A stretch of 64,000 nt of DNA, taken from assembly GCA_950097015.1 (NCBI GenBank), contig CATNEN010000029.1, positions 1,984,001 through 2,048,000 of the forward strand, in the 5' to 3' direction. Shown piece by piece: positions 37,620 to 51,100 of the stretch. Made by a program: the position numbers and the translations under genes. The notes beneath the pieces were generated by a model. The model had not been told where the DNA came from and did no database searches. It was given only the letters and a program-made list of their open reading frames with translations. The stretch is from Macrostomum hystrix (lineage: Eukaryota > Animalia > Platyhelminthes). Within the stretch, counting starts at the first letter, position 1; every line of letters starts with the position of its first letter.

Positions 37620-37956
37620 ACTTCAGGAATATTTGATGGCTAACTTCAGGACTACTTCATGGCCTAACCTCAGGACTACTTCATGGCCTAACCTCAGGAC
37701 TACTTCATGGCCTAACCTCAGAACTACTTTATGGCCTAACTTCAGGACTACTTCATGGCCTAACTTCAGGAATACTTCATGGCTAACTTCAGGACTACTT
37801 CATGGCCTAACTTCAGGAAAACTTCATGGCTAACTTCAGTACTACTTCATGGCCTAACTTCAGGAATACTTCATGGCTAACTTCAGTACTACTTCATGGC
37901 CTAACTTCAGGAATACTTCATGGCTAACTTCAGGAATACTTCATGGCTAACTTCAG
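37620..37956. repeat. 24-bp minisatellite (ctaacttcaggactacttcatggc) filling the intron of secreted gene A
   Basis: ORF repeats every 8 aa (NLRTTSWP); some 23-bp variants. Confidence 0.93.
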
Positions 37957-38031
37957 TAGTGAGATTTCAAGGTATGCCTATCAACAGCCAGTGGGATTTT
38001 GATCGGAATAATCGGAAAACGCCAAGCAAAC

Positions 38032-38331
38032 CTTGCAACGGATGTCCTCCGACGGCACGTCGGGCCGAACCCGCCTGCAGTCCAGCTTCGGCGGACAGAC
38101 GGTGGCCGAATAGACAAAATCCGAGCTGTCGTGAATGTAGTAGCCCACTCGACAATGCGCGTCCGTGTCGGCTGGCGAAGCGACATTGTAGACTGCCACG
38201 GATGAGCTTCCGGTGACGCCGAAAGTTAGCATCAGGATCAGCACCAGCGGCATAGCTGACAGTCTTTGTAGTCGCTGCTGCTGCTGTTGCTGCCGCATTC
38301 GTTGATCCTTCAAGCTAGATGCCATCATCAT
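38032..38331 (-). CDS. Secreted Cys-rich protein A, exon 1 (signal peptide MPLVLILMLTFGVTGSSS)
   Basis: Hydrophobic leader followed by HCRVGYY..VCPPKLDCRRVRPDVPSEDIRCK; phase-0 donor AAG|gtttgc at 38032/38031. Alternative start at 38253. Confidence 0.68.
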
Positions 38332-38401
38332 TGACAAAACAGTCTGCTAAAAGTGGAAGTCGAAAAAAAGCGTGCAATTTAGCCAGCTGATGGCCGCCAG
38401 C

Positions 38402-38408
38402 TTATATA
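38402..38408 (-). promoter_or_regulatory. Candidate TATA box of secreted gene A
   Basis: TATATAA ~70 nt upstream of the first ATG. Confidence 0.4.
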
Positions 38409-39135
38409 GATGCGGATCAGATTAGGCTGGGGCGGAGTGGGAGAAGGTGGGGTGGAGAGTAAACTCTTCTCCAAGTCGTTGAGCGGGAAAGTATTTTTTG
38501 TTCAATTTGGAGCCGAAGGAATCGACTTTGATCGAAGAATTTATTTCCATTGCTTCCTTTGCGAGTTCGGTTGCTTTTTAGAGTTTGTTTCTTTTTTTGG
38601 ACGAAGAAGAGGACGGCTTATCTATGAGTGGCTCAACCAGAGATTAACGATGGACCGAGTCTGTCGCTCTCCATTGCTTTCAAAGCATGCGCCAGATGCC
38701 TGCAGGTCGATTTTTGAGCACCGCCGCCCACGCACCGTGGCTCCGCAATTCTTTTTTTATCAACTTCCTTCCGCCTCGCTCTTAGTGGCTAACCAGCTTT
38801 TGGTTCGAAGCCACCTTCATTATTTTGCTTTTTATTTCTTATCTCACAGCTGGCAAGGCACTGGCTCTGTGTTTGAATAATCCTTTTAAGCTCGGTTGCT
38901 GTGCCACTTTTGGACGATAAGAATTGGACAAACTTCGACAAAAGCAGACCTGAAATGAGATCAACTTCTGGTCATTAAACGGTTGCCGGCTCTGAGCTCA
39001 TGAGATCATCAGCTATGACCTCTGAGTGTCACTTAATTTTGGGAAGGGTTTCCTGGTGCTAGTTTCCTGATTCCATTTGAAGTATTAATTTAGCCGCTAT
39101 TCGTTTCACGACGAATCAGGACAAATCGACCCTTT

Positions 39136-42100
39136 GAGGAAGATTCGTCTCTGTTGTGAGGAATATTCGTCTCTTTTGGTGAGGAACGGCTCGCTACATC
39201 GACCGTCTTTTTGATGATGCACGAGCACGTCAGCACGAAGCACGTGAAGCACGTCAGAGACCTTGCCCTGAAGCGCGCGATTTGACGCCCCCCCTTTTTT
39301 GACCACTTGTGGTCGGCGCGGGGCGTGAGATTATTATTATTATTATTTGGTGAGGAAGATTCGTCTCTTTTGGTAAGGAAGATTCGTCCCTTTTGGTAAG
39401 GAAGATTCGTCTCTTTTGGTAAGGAAGATTCGTCTCTTTTGGTAAGGAAGATTCGTCTCTTTTGGTAAGGAAGATTCGTCTCTTTTGGTAAGGAAGATTC
39501 GTCTCTTTTGGTAAGGAAGATTCGTCTCTTTTGGTAAGGAAGATTCGTCCCTTTTGGTAAGGAAGATTCGTCTCTTTTGGTAAGGAAGATTCGTCTCTTT
39601 TGGTAAGGAAGATTCGTCTCTTTTGGTGGGGAAGATTCGTCTCTTTTGGTAAGGAAGATTCGTCTCTTTTGGTAAGGAAGATTCGTCTCTTTTGGTAAGG
39701 AAGATTCGTCTCTTTTGGTAAGGAAGATTCGTCTCTTTTTGTGAGGAAGATTCGTCCCTTTTGGTAAGGAAGATTCGTCTCTTTTGGTAAGGAAGATTCG
39801 TCCCTTTTGGTAAGGAAGATTCGTCTCTTTTGGTAAGGAAGATTCGTCTCTTTTGGTAAGGAAGATTCGTCTCTTTTGGTAAGGAAGATTCGTCTCTTTT
39901 GGTAAGGAAGATTCGTCTCTTTTTGTGAGGAAGATTCGTCCCTTTTGGTAAGGAAGATTCGTCTCTTTTGGTAAGGAAGATTCGTCCCTTTTGGTAAGGA
40001 AGATTCGTCTCTTTTGGTAAGGAAGATTCGTCCCTTTTGGTAAGGAAGATTCGTCTCTTTTGGTAAGGAAGATTCGTCTCTTTTGGTAAGGAAGATTCGT
40101 CTCTTTTGGTGAGGAAGATTCGTCTCTTTTTGTGAGGAAGATTCGTCCCTTTTGGTAAGGAAGATTCGTCTCTTTTGGTAAGGAAGATTCGTCCCTTTTG
40201 GTAAGGAAGATTCGTCTCTTTTGGTAAGGAAGATTCGTCTCTTTTGGTAAGGAAGATTCGTCCCTTTTGGTAAGGAAGATTCGTCTCTTTTGGTAAGGAA
40301 GATTCGTCTCTTTTGGTAAGGAAGATTCGTCTCTTTTGGTAAGGAAGATTCGTCTCTTTTGGTAAGGAAGATTCGTCTCTTTTGGTAAGGAAGATTCGTC
40401 TCTTTTGGTAAGGAAGATTCGTCTCTTTTGGTAAGGAAGATTCGTCTCTTTTTGTGAGGAAGATTCGTCCCTTTTGGTAAGGAAGATTCGTCTCTTTTGG
40501 TAAGGAAGATTCGTCCCTTTTGGTAAGGAAGATTCGTCTCTTTTGGTAAGGAAGATTCGTCTCTTTTGGTAAGGAAGATTCGTCCCTTTTGGTAAGGAAG
40601 ATTCGTCTCTTTTGGTAAGGAAGATTCGTCTCTTTTGGTAAGGAAGATTCGTCTCTTTTGGTGAGGAAGATTCGTCTCTTTTTGTGAGGAAGATTCGTCC
40701 CTTTTGGTAAGGAAGATTCGTCTCTTTTGGTAAGGAAGATTCGTCCCTTTTGATAAGGAAGATTCGTCTCTTTTGGTAAGGAAGATTCGTCTCTTTTGGT
40801 AAGGAAGATTCGTCTCTTTTGGTGAGGAAGATTCGTCTCTTTTGGTAAGGAAGATTCGTCTCTTTTGGTAAGGAAGATTCGTCTCTTTTTGTGAGGAAGA
40901 TTCGTCCCTTTTGGTAAGGAAGATTCGTCTCTTTTGGTAAGGAAGATTCGTCCCTTTTGGTAAGGAAGATTCGTCTCTTTTGGTAAGGAAGATTCGTCTC
41001 TTTTGGTGAGGAAGATTCGTCTCTTTTGGTAAGGAAGATTCGTCTCTTTTTGTGAGGAAGATTCGTCTCTTTTGGTAAGGAAGATTCGTCTCTTTTTGTG
41101 AGGAAGATTCGTCTCTTTTTGTGGGGAAGATTCGTCTCTTTTGGTAAGGAAGATTCGTCTCTTTTTGTGAGGAAGATTCGTCTCTTTTGGTAAGGAAGAT
41201 TCGTCTCTTTTTGTGAGGAAGATTCGTCTCTTTTTGTGAGAAAGATTCGTCTCTTTTGGTGGGGAAGATTCGTCTCTTTTGGTAAGGAAGATTCGTCTCT
41301 TTTGGTAAGGAAGATTCGTCTCTTTTGGTGGGGAAGATTCGTCTCTTTTGGTAAGGAAGATTCGTCTCTTTTGGTAAGGAAGATTCGTCTCTTTTGGTAA
41401 GGAAGATTCGTCTCTTTTGGTAAGGAAGATTCGTCTCTTTTGGTAAGGAAGATTCGTCTCTTTTGGTGGGGAAGATTCGTCTCTTTTGGTAAGGAATATT
41501 CGTCTCTTTTGGTAAGGAAGATTCGTCTCTTTTGGTAAGGAAGATTCGTCTCTTTTGGTAAGGAAGATTCGTCTCTTTTGGTAAGGAAGATTCGTCTCTT
41601 TTTGTGAGGAAGATTCGTCCCTTTTGGTAAGGAAGATTCGTCTCTTTTGGTAAGGAAGATTCGTCCCTTTTGGTAAGGAAGATTCGTCTCTTTTGGTAAG
41701 GAAGATTCGTCCCTTTTGGTAAGGAAGATTCGTCTCTTTTGGTAAGGAAGATTCGTCTCTTTTGGTAAGGAAGATTCGTCTCTTTTGGTGAGGAAGATTC
41801 GTCTCTTTTTGTGAGGAAGATTCGTCCCTTTTGGTAAGGAAGATTCGTCTCTTTTGGTAAGGAAGATTCGTCCCTTTTGGTAAGGAAGATTCGTCTCTTT
41901 TGGTAAGGAAGATTCGTCTCTTTTGGTAAGGAAGATTCGTCCCTTTTGGTAAGGAAGATTCGTCTCTTTTGGTAAGGAAGATTCGTCTCTTTTGGTAAGG
42001 AAGATTCGTCTCTTTTGGTAAGGAAGATTCGTCTCTTTTGGTAAGGAAGATTCGTCTCTTTTGGTAAGGAAGATTCGTCTCTTTTGGTAAGGAAGATTCG

Positions 42101-45100
42101 TCTCTTTTGGTAAGGAAGATTCGTCTCTTTTTGTGAGGAAGATTCGTCCCTTTTGGTAAGGAAGATTCGTCTCTTTTGGTAAGGAAGATTCGTCCCTTTT
42201 GGTAAGGAAGATTCGTCTCTTTTGGTAAGGAAGATTCGTCTCTTTTGGTAAGGAAGATTCGTCCCTTTTGGTAAGGAAGATTCGTCTCTTTTGGTAAGGA
42301 AGATTCGTCTCTTTTGGTAAGGAAGATTCGTCTCTTTTGGTGAGGAAGATTCGTCTCTTTTTGTGAGGAAGATTCGTCCCTTTTGGTAAGGAAGATTCGT
42401 CTCTTTTGGTAAGGAAGATTCGTCCCTTTTGATAAGGAAGATTCGTCTCTTTTGGTAAGGAAGATTCGTCTCTTTTGGTAAGGAAGATTCGTCTCTTTTG
42501 GTGAGGAAGATTCGTCTCTTTTGGTAAGGAAGATTCGTCTCTTTTGGTAAGGAAGATTCGTCTCTTTTTGTGAGGAAGATTCGTCCCTTTTGGTAAGGAA
42601 GATTCGTCTCTTTTGGTAAGGAAGATTCGTCCCTTTTGGTAAGGAAGATTCGTCTCTTTTGGTAAGGAAGATTCGTCTCTTTTGGTGAGGAAGATTCGTC
42701 TCTTTTGGTAAGGAAGATTCGTCTCTTTTTGTGAGGAAGATTCGTCTCTTTTGGTAAGGAAGATTCGTCTCTTTTTGTGAGGAAGATTCGTCTCTTTTTG
42801 TGGGGAAGATTCGTCTCTTTTGGTAAGGAAGATTCGTCTCTTTTTGTGAGGAAGATTCGTCTCTTTTGGTAAGGAAGATTCGTCTCTTTTTGTGAGGAAG
42901 ATTCGTCTCTTTTTGTGAGAAAGATTCGTCTCTTTTGGTGGGGAAGATTCGTCTCTTTTGGTAAGGAAGATTCGTCTCTTTTGGTAAGGAAGATTCGTCT
43001 CTTTTGGTGGGGAAGATTCGTCTCTTTTGGTAAGGAAGATTCGTCTCTTTTGGTAAGGAAGATTCGTCTCTTTTGGTAAGGAAGATTCGTCTCTTTTGGT
43101 AAGGAAGATTCGTCTCTTTTGGTAAGGAAGATTCGTCTCTTTTGGTGGGGAAGATTCGTCTCTTTTGGTAAGGAATATTCGTCTCTTTTGGTAAGGAAGA
43201 TTCGTCTCTTTTGGTAAGGAAGATTCGTCTCTTTTGGTAAGGAAGATTCGTCTCTTTTGGTAAGGAAGATTCGTCTCTTTTTGTGAGGAAGATTCGTCCC
43301 TTTTGGTAAGGAAGATTCGTCTCTTTTGGTAAGGAAGATTCGTCTCTTTTGGTAAGGAAGATTCGTCTCTTTTGGTAAGGAAGATTCGTCCCTTTTGGTA
43401 AGGAAGATTCGTCTCTTTTTGTGAGGAAGATTCGTCTCTTTTTGTGAGGAAGATTCGTCTCTTTTGGTAAGGAAGATTCGTCTCTTTTTGTGAGAAAGAT
43501 TCGTCTCTTTTGGTAAGGAAGATTCGTCTCTTTTTGTGAGGAAGATTCGTCTGTTGTTGTGAGGAAGATTCGTCTCTTTTTGTGAGGAAGATTCGTCTCT
43601 TTTGGTGGGGAAGATTCGTCTCTTTTGGTAAGGAAGATTCGTCTCTTTTGTGAGGAAGATTCGTCTCTTTTTGTGAGGAAGATTCGTCTCTTTTGTTAAG
43701 GAAGATTCGTCTCTTTTTGTGAGCAAGATTCGTCTCTTTTTGTGAGGAAGATTCGTCTCCTTTTGTGAGGAAGATTCGTCCATTGGTGAGGAAGATTCGT
43801 CCATTGGTAGGGAAGATTCGTCTCTTTTGGTAAGGAAGATTCGTCTCTTTTGTGAGGAAGATTCGTCTCTTTTGGTAAGGAAGATTCGTCTCTTTTGGTA
43901 AGGAAGATTCGTCTCTTTTTGTGAGGAAGATTCGTCCCTTTTGGTAAGGAAGATTCGTCTCTTTTGGTAAGGAAGATTCGTCTCTTTTGGTAAGGAAGAT
44001 TCGTCTCTTTTGGTAAGGAAGATTCGTCCCTTTTGGTAAGGAAGATTCGTCTCTTTTTGTGAGGAAGATTCGTCTCTTTTTGTGAGGAAGATTCGTCTCT
44101 TTTGGTAAGGAAGATTCGTCTCTTTTTGTGAGAAAGATTCGTCTCTTTTGTTAAGGAAGATTCGTCTCTTTTTGTGAGAAAGATTCGTCTGTTGTTGTGA
44201 GGAAGCTTCGTCTCTTTTTGTGAGGAAGATTCGTCTCTTTTTGTGAGGAAGATTCGTCTCTTTTGGTAAGGAAGATTCGTCTCTTTTTGTGAGGAAGATT
44301 CGTCTCTTTTTGTGAGGAAGATTCGTCTCTTTTTGTGAGGAAGATTCGTCTCTTTTGTTAAGGAAGATTCGTCTCTTTTTGTGAGGAAGATTCGTCTCTT
44401 TTTGTGAGGAAGATTCGTCTCTTTTTGTGAGGAAGATTCGTCCATTGGTGAGGAAGATTCGTCCATTGGTAGGGAAGATTCGTCTCTTTTGGTAAGGAAG
44501 ATTCGTCTCTTTTGTGAGGAAGATTCGTCTCTTTTGGTAAGGAAGATTCGTCTCTTTTGGTAAGGAAGATTCGTCTCTTTTGGTGGGGAAGATTCGTCTC
44601 TTTTGGTAAGGAAGATTCGTCTCTTTTGGTAAGGAAGATTCGTCTCTTTTGGTAAGGAAGATTCGTCCCTTTTGGTAAGGAAGATTCGTCCCTTTTGGTA
44701 AGGAAGATTCGTCCCTTTTGGTAAGGAAGATTCGTCTCTTTTTGTGAGGAATATTCGTCTCTTTTTGTGAGGAAGATTCGTCTCTTTTGGTAAGGAAGAT
44801 TCGTCTCTTTTTGTGAGGAAGATTCGTCTCTTTTTGTGAGGAATATTCGTCTCTTTTTGTGAGGAAGATTCGTCTCTTTTTGTGAGGAAGATTCGTCCCT
44901 TTTGGTAAGGAAGATTCGTCTCTTTTGGTAAGGAAGATTCGTCTCTTTTGGTAAGGAAGATTCGTCTCTTTTGGTAAGGAAGATTCGTCCCTTTTGGTAA
45001 GGAAGATTCGTCTCTTTTTGTGAGGAAGATTCGTCTCTTTTTGTGAGGAAGATTCGTCTCTTTTGGTAAGGAAGATTCGTCTCTTTTTGTGAGAAAGATT

Positions 45101-48100
45101 CGTCTCTTTTGGTAAGGAAGATTCGTCTCTTTTTGTGAGAAAGATTCGTCTGTTGTTGTGAGGAAGATTCGTCTCTTTTTGTGAGGAAGATTCGTCTCTT
45201 TTGGTGGGGAAGATTCGTCTCTTTTGGTAAGGAAGATTCGTCTCTTTTGTGAGGAAGATTCGTCTCTTTTTGTGAGGAAGATTCGTCTCTTTTTGTGAGG
45301 AAGATTCGTCTCTTTTGTTAAGGAAGATTCGTCTCTTTTTGTGAGGAAGATTCGTCTCTTTTTGTGAGGAAGATTCGTCTCTTTTTGTGAGGAAGATTCG
45401 TCCATTGGTGAGGAAGATTCGTCCATTGGTAGGGAAGATTCGTCTCTTTTGGTAAGGAAGATTCGTCTCTTTTGTGAGGAAGATTCGTCTCTTTTGGTAA
45501 GGAAGATTCGTCTCTTTTGGTAAGGAAGATTCGTCTCTTTTGGTGGGGAAGATTCGTCTCTTTTGGTAAGGAAGATTCGTCTCTTTTGGTAAGGAAGATT
45601 CGTCTCTTTTGGTAAGGAAGATTCGTCTCTTTTGGTAAGGAAGATTCGTCTCTTTTTGTGAGGAAGATTCGTCCCTTTTGGTAAGGAAGATTCGTCTCTT
45701 TTGGTAAGGAAGATTCGTCTCTTTTGGTAAGGAAGATTCGTCTCTTTTGGTAAGGAAGATTCGTCCCTTTTGGTAAGGAAGATTCGTCTCTTTTTGTGAG
45801 GAAGATTCGTCTCTTTTTGTGAGGAAGATTCGTCTCTTTTGGTAAGGAAGATTCGTCTCTTTTTGTGAGAAAGATTCGTCTCTTTTGGTAAGGAAGATTC
45901 GTCTCTTTTTGTGAGAAAGATTCGTCTGTTGTTGTGAGGAAGCTTCGTCTCTTTTTGTGAGGAAGATTCGTCTCTTTTTGTGAGGAAGATTCGTCTCTTT
46001 TGGTAAGGAAGATTCGTCTCTTTTTGTGAGGAAGATTCGTCTCTTTTTGTGAGGAAGATTCGTCTCTTTTTGTGAGGAAGATTCGTCTCTTTTGTTAAGG
46101 AAGATTCGTCTCTTTTTGTGAGGAAGATTCGTCTCTTTTTGTGAGGAAGATTCGTCTCTTTTTGTGAGGAAGATTCGTCCATTGGTGAGGAAGATTCGTC
46201 CATTGGTAGGGAAGATTCGTCTCTTTTGGTAAGGAAGATTCGTCTCTTTTGTGAGGAAGATTCGTCTCTTTTGGTAAGGAAGATTCGTCTCTTTTGGTAA
46301 GGAAGATTCGTCTCTTTTGGTGGGGAAGATTCGTCTCTTTTGGTAAGGAAGATTCGTCTCTTTTGGTAAGGAAGATTCGTCTCTTTTGGTAAGGAAGATT
46401 CGTCCCTTTTGGTAAGGAAGATTCGTCCCTTTTGGTAAGGAAGATTCGTCTCTTTTGGTAAGGAAGATTCGTCTCTTTTGGTAAGGAAGATTCGTCTCTT
46501 TTGGTAAGGAAGATTCGTCTCTTTTGGTAAGGAAGATTCGTCCATTGGTGAGGAAGATTCGTCCATTGGTAGGGAAGATTCGTCTCTTTTGGTAAGGAAG
46601 ATTCGTCTCTTTTGGTAAGGAAGATTCGTCCATTGGTAGGGAAGATTCGTCTCTTTTGGTAAGGAAGATTCGTCTCTTTTGGTAAGGAAGATTCGTCCAT
46701 TGGTGAGGAAGATTCGTCCATTGGTAGGGAAGATTCGTCTCTTTTGGTAAGGAAGATTCGTCTCTTTTGGTGAGGAAGATTCGTCTCTTTTGGTAAGGAA
46801 GATTCGTCTCTTTTGGTAAGGAAGATTCGTCTCTTTTGGTGGGGAAGATTCGTCCCTTTTGGTAAGGAAGATTCGTCCCTTTTGGTAAGGAAGATTCGTC
46901 CCTTTTGGTAAGGAAGATTCGTCTCTTTTGGTAAGGAAGATTCGTCTCTTTTTGTGAGAAAGATTCGTCTCTTTTGGTAAGGAAGATTCGTCTCTTTTTG
47001 TGAGGAAGATTCGTCTGTTGTTGTGAGGAAGATTCGTCTCTTTTTGTGAGGAAGATTCGTCTCTTTTGGTGGGGAAGATTCGTCTCTTTTGGTAAGGAAG
47101 ATTCGTCTCTTTTGTGAGGAAGATTCGTCTCTTTTTGTGAGGAAGATTCGTCTCTTTTGTTAAGGAAGATTCGTCTCTTTTTGTGAGCAAGATTCGTCTC
47201 TTTTTGTGAGGAAGATTCGTCTCCTTTTGTGAGGAAGATTCGTCCATTGGTGAGGAAGATTCGTCCATTGGTAGGGAAGATTCGTCTCTTTTGGTAAGGA
47301 AGATTCGTCTCTTTTGTGAGGAAGATTCGTCTCTTTTGGTAAGGAAGATTCGTCTCTTTTGGTAAGGAAGATTCGTCTCTTTTTGTGAGGAAGATTCGTC
47401 CCTTTTGGTAAGGAAGATTCGTCTCTTTTGGTAAGGAAGATTCGTCTCTTTTGGTAAGGAAGATTCGTCTCTTTTGGTAAGGAAGATTCGTCCCTTTTGG
47501 TAAGGAAGATTCGTCTCTTTTTGTGAGGAAGATTCGTCTCTTTTTGTGAGGAAGATTCGTCTCTTTTGGTAAGGAAGATTCGTCTCTTTTTGTGAGAAAG
47601 ATTCGTCTCTTTTGTTAAGGAAGATTCGTCTCTTTTTGTGAGAAAGATTCGTCTGTTGTTGTGAGGAAGCTTCGTCTCTTTTTGTGAGGAAGATTCGTCT
47701 CTTTTTGTGAGGAAGATTCGTCTCTTTTGGTAAGGAAGATTCGTCTCTTTTTGTGAGGAAGATTCGTCTCTTTTTGTGAGGAAGATTCGTCTCTTTTTGT
47801 GAGGAAGATTCGTCTCTTTTGTTAAGGAAGATTCGTCTCTTTTTGTGAGGAAGATTCGTCTCTTTTTGTGAGGAAGATTCGTCTCTTTTTGTGAGGAAGA
47901 TTCGTCCATTGGTGAGGAAGATTCGTCCATTGGTAGGGAAGATTCGTCTCTTTTGGTAAGGAAGATTCGTCTCTTTTGTGAGGAAGATTCGTCTCTTTTG
48001 GTAAGGAAGATTCGTCTCTTTTGGTAAGGAAGATTCGTCTCTTTTGGTGGGGAAGATTCGTCTCTTTTGGTAAGGAAGATTCGTCTCTTTTGGTAAGGAA

Positions 48101-51100
48101 GATTCGTCTCTTTTGGTAAGGAAGATTCGTCCCTTTTGGTAAGGAAGATTCGTCCCTTTTGGTAAGGAAGATTCGTCCCTTTTGGTAAGGAAGATTCGTC
48201 TCTTTTTGTGAGGAATATTCGTCTCTTTTTGTGAGGAAGATTCGTCTCTTTTGGTAAGGAAGATTCGTCTCTTTTTGTGAGGAAGATTCGTCTCTTTTTG
48301 TGAGGAATATTCGTCTCTTTTTGTGAGGAAGATTCGTCTCTTTTTGTGAGGAAGATTCGTCCCTTTTGGTAAGGAAGATTCGTCTCTTTTGGTAAGGAAG
48401 ATTCGTCTCTTTTGGTAAGGAAGATTCGTCTCTTTTGGTAAGGAAGATTCGTCCCTTTTGGTAAGGAAGATTCGTCTCTTTTTGTGAGGAAGATTCGTCT
48501 CTTTTTGTGAGGAAGATTCGTCTCTTTTGGTAAGGAAGATTCGTCTCTTTTTGTGAGAAAGATTCGTCTCTTTTGGTAAGGAAGATTCGTCTCTTTTTGT
48601 GAGAAAGATTCGTCTGTTGTTGTGAGGAAGATTCGTCTCTTTTTGTGAGGAAGATTCGTCTCTTTTGGTGGGGAAGATTCGTCTCTTTTGGTAAGGAAGA
48701 TTCGTCTCTTTTGTGAGGAAGATTCGTCTCTTTTTGTGAGGAAGATTCGTCTCTTTTTGTGAGGAAGATTCGTCTCTTTTGTTAAGGAAGATTCGTCTCT
48801 TTTTGTGAGGAAGATTCGTCTCTTTTTGTGAGGAAGATTCGTCTCTTTTTGTGAGGAAGATTCGTCCATTGGTGAGGAAGATTCGTCCATTGGTAGGGAA
48901 GATTCGTCTCTTTTGGTAAGGAAGATTCGTCTCTTTTGTGAGGAAGATTCGTCTCTTTTGGTAAGGAAGATTCGTCTCTTTTGGTAAGGAAGATTCGTCT
49001 CTTTTGGTGGGGAAGATTCGTCTCTTTTGGTAAGGAAGATTCGTCTCTTTTGGTAAGGAAGATTCGTCTCTTTTGGTAAGGAAGATTCGTCTCTTTTGGT
49101 AAGGAAGATTCGTCTCTTTTTGTGAGGAAGATTCGTCCCTTTTGGTAAGGAAGATTCGTCTCTTTTGGTAAGGAAGATTCGTCTCTTTTGGTAAGGAAGA
49201 TTCGTCTCTTTTGGTAAGGAAGATTCGTCCCTTTTGGTAAGGAAGATTCGTCTCTTTTTGTGAGGAAGATTCGTCTCTTTTTGTGAGGAAGATTCGTCTC
49301 TTTTGGTAAGGAAGATTCGTCTCTTTTTGTGAGAAAGATTCGTCTCTTTTGGTAAGGAAGATTCGTCTCTTTTTGTGAGAAAGATTCGTCTGTTGTTGTG
49401 AGGAAGCTTCGTCTCTTTTTGTGAGGAAGATTCGTCTCTTTTTGTGAGGAAGATTCGTCTCTTTTGGTAAGGAAGATTCGTCTCTTTTTGTGAGGAAGAT
49501 TCGTCTCTTTTTGTGAGGAAGATTCGTCTCTTTTTGTGAGGAAGATTCGTCTCTTTTGTTAAGGAAGATTCGTCTCTTTTTGTGAGGAAGATTCGTCTCT
49601 TTTTGTGAGGAAGATTCGTCTCTTTTTGTGAGGAAGATTCGTCCATTGGTGAGGAAGATTCGTCCATTGGTAGGGAAGATTCGTCTCTTTTGGTAAGGAA
49701 GATTCGTCTCTTTTGTGAGGAAGATTCGTCTCTTTTGGTAAGGAAGATTCGTCTCTTTTGGTAAGGAAGATTCGTCTCTTTTGGTGGGGAAGATTCGTCT
49801 CTTTTGGTAAGGAAGATTCGTCTCTTTTGGTAAGGAAGATTCGTCTCTTTTGGTAAGGAAGATTCGTCCCTTTTGGTAAGGAAGATTCGTCCCTTTTGGT
49901 AAGGAAGATTCGTCTCTTTTGGTAAGGAAGATTCGTCTCTTTTGGTAAGGAAGATTCGTCTCTTTTGGTAAGGAAGATTCGTCTCTTTTGGTAAGGAAGA
50001 TTCGTCCATTGGTGAGGAAGATTCGTCCATTGGTAGGGAAGATTCGTCTCTTTTGGTAAGGAAGATTCGTCTCTTTTGGTAAGGAAGATTCGTCCATTGG
50101 TAGGGAAGATTCGTCTCTTTTGGTAAGGAAGATTCGTCTCTTTTGGTAAGGAAGATTCGTCCATTGGTGAGGAAGATTCGTCCATTGGTAGGGAAGATTC
50201 GTCTCTTTTGGTAAGGAAGATTCGTCTCTTTTGGTGAGGAAGATTCGTCTCTTTTGGTAAGGAAGATTCGTCTCTTTTGGTAAGGAAGATTCGTCTCTTT
50301 TGGTGGGGAAGATTCGTCTCTTTTGGTAAGGAAGATTCGTCTCTTTTGGTAAGGAAGATTCGTCTCTTTTGGTAAGGAAGATTCGTCCCTTTTGGTAAGG
50401 AAGATTCGTCCCTTTTGGTAAGGAAGATTCGTCTCTTTTGGTAAGGAAGATTCGTCTCTTTTTGTGAGGAAGATTCGTCCCTTTTGGTAAGGAAGATTCG
50501 TCTCTTTTGGTAAGGAAGATTCGTCCCTTTTGGTAAGGAAGATTCGTCCCTTTTGGTAAGGAAGATTCGTCCCTTTTGGTAAGGAAGATTCGTCTCTTTT
50601 TGTGAGGAATATTCGTCTCTTTTTGTGAGGAAGATTCGTCTCTTTTGGTAAGGAAGATTCGTCTCTTTTTGTGAGGAATATTCGTCTCTTTTTGTGAGGA
50701 AGATTCGTCTCTTTTGGTAAGGAAGATTCGTCTCTTTTTGTGAGAAAGATTCGTCTCTTTTGGTAAGGAAGATTCGTCTCTTTTTGTGAGAAAGATTCGT
50801 CTGTTGTTGTGAGGAAGATTCGTCTCTTTTTGTGAGGAAGATTCGTCTCTTTTGGTGGGGAAGATTCGTCTCTTTTGGTAAGGAAGATTCGTCTCTTTTG
50901 TGAGGAAGATTCGTCTCTTTTTGTGAGGAAGATTCGTCTCTTTTGTTAAGGAAGATTCGTCTCTTTTTGTGAGGAAGATTCGTCTCTTTTTGTGAGGAAG
51001 ATTCGTCTCTTTTTGTGAGGAAGATTCGTCCATTGGTGAGGAAGATTCGTCCATTGGTAGGGAAGATTCGTCTCTTTTGGTAAGGAAGATTCGTCTCTTT

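Noticed and set aside
37981-38337. TNF-receptor-like Cys repeat in the unspliced 118-aa ORF
   Set aside because: The CKVC..FSD part lies past the inferred donor at 38031; the shared intron position with gene B supports the spliced model.
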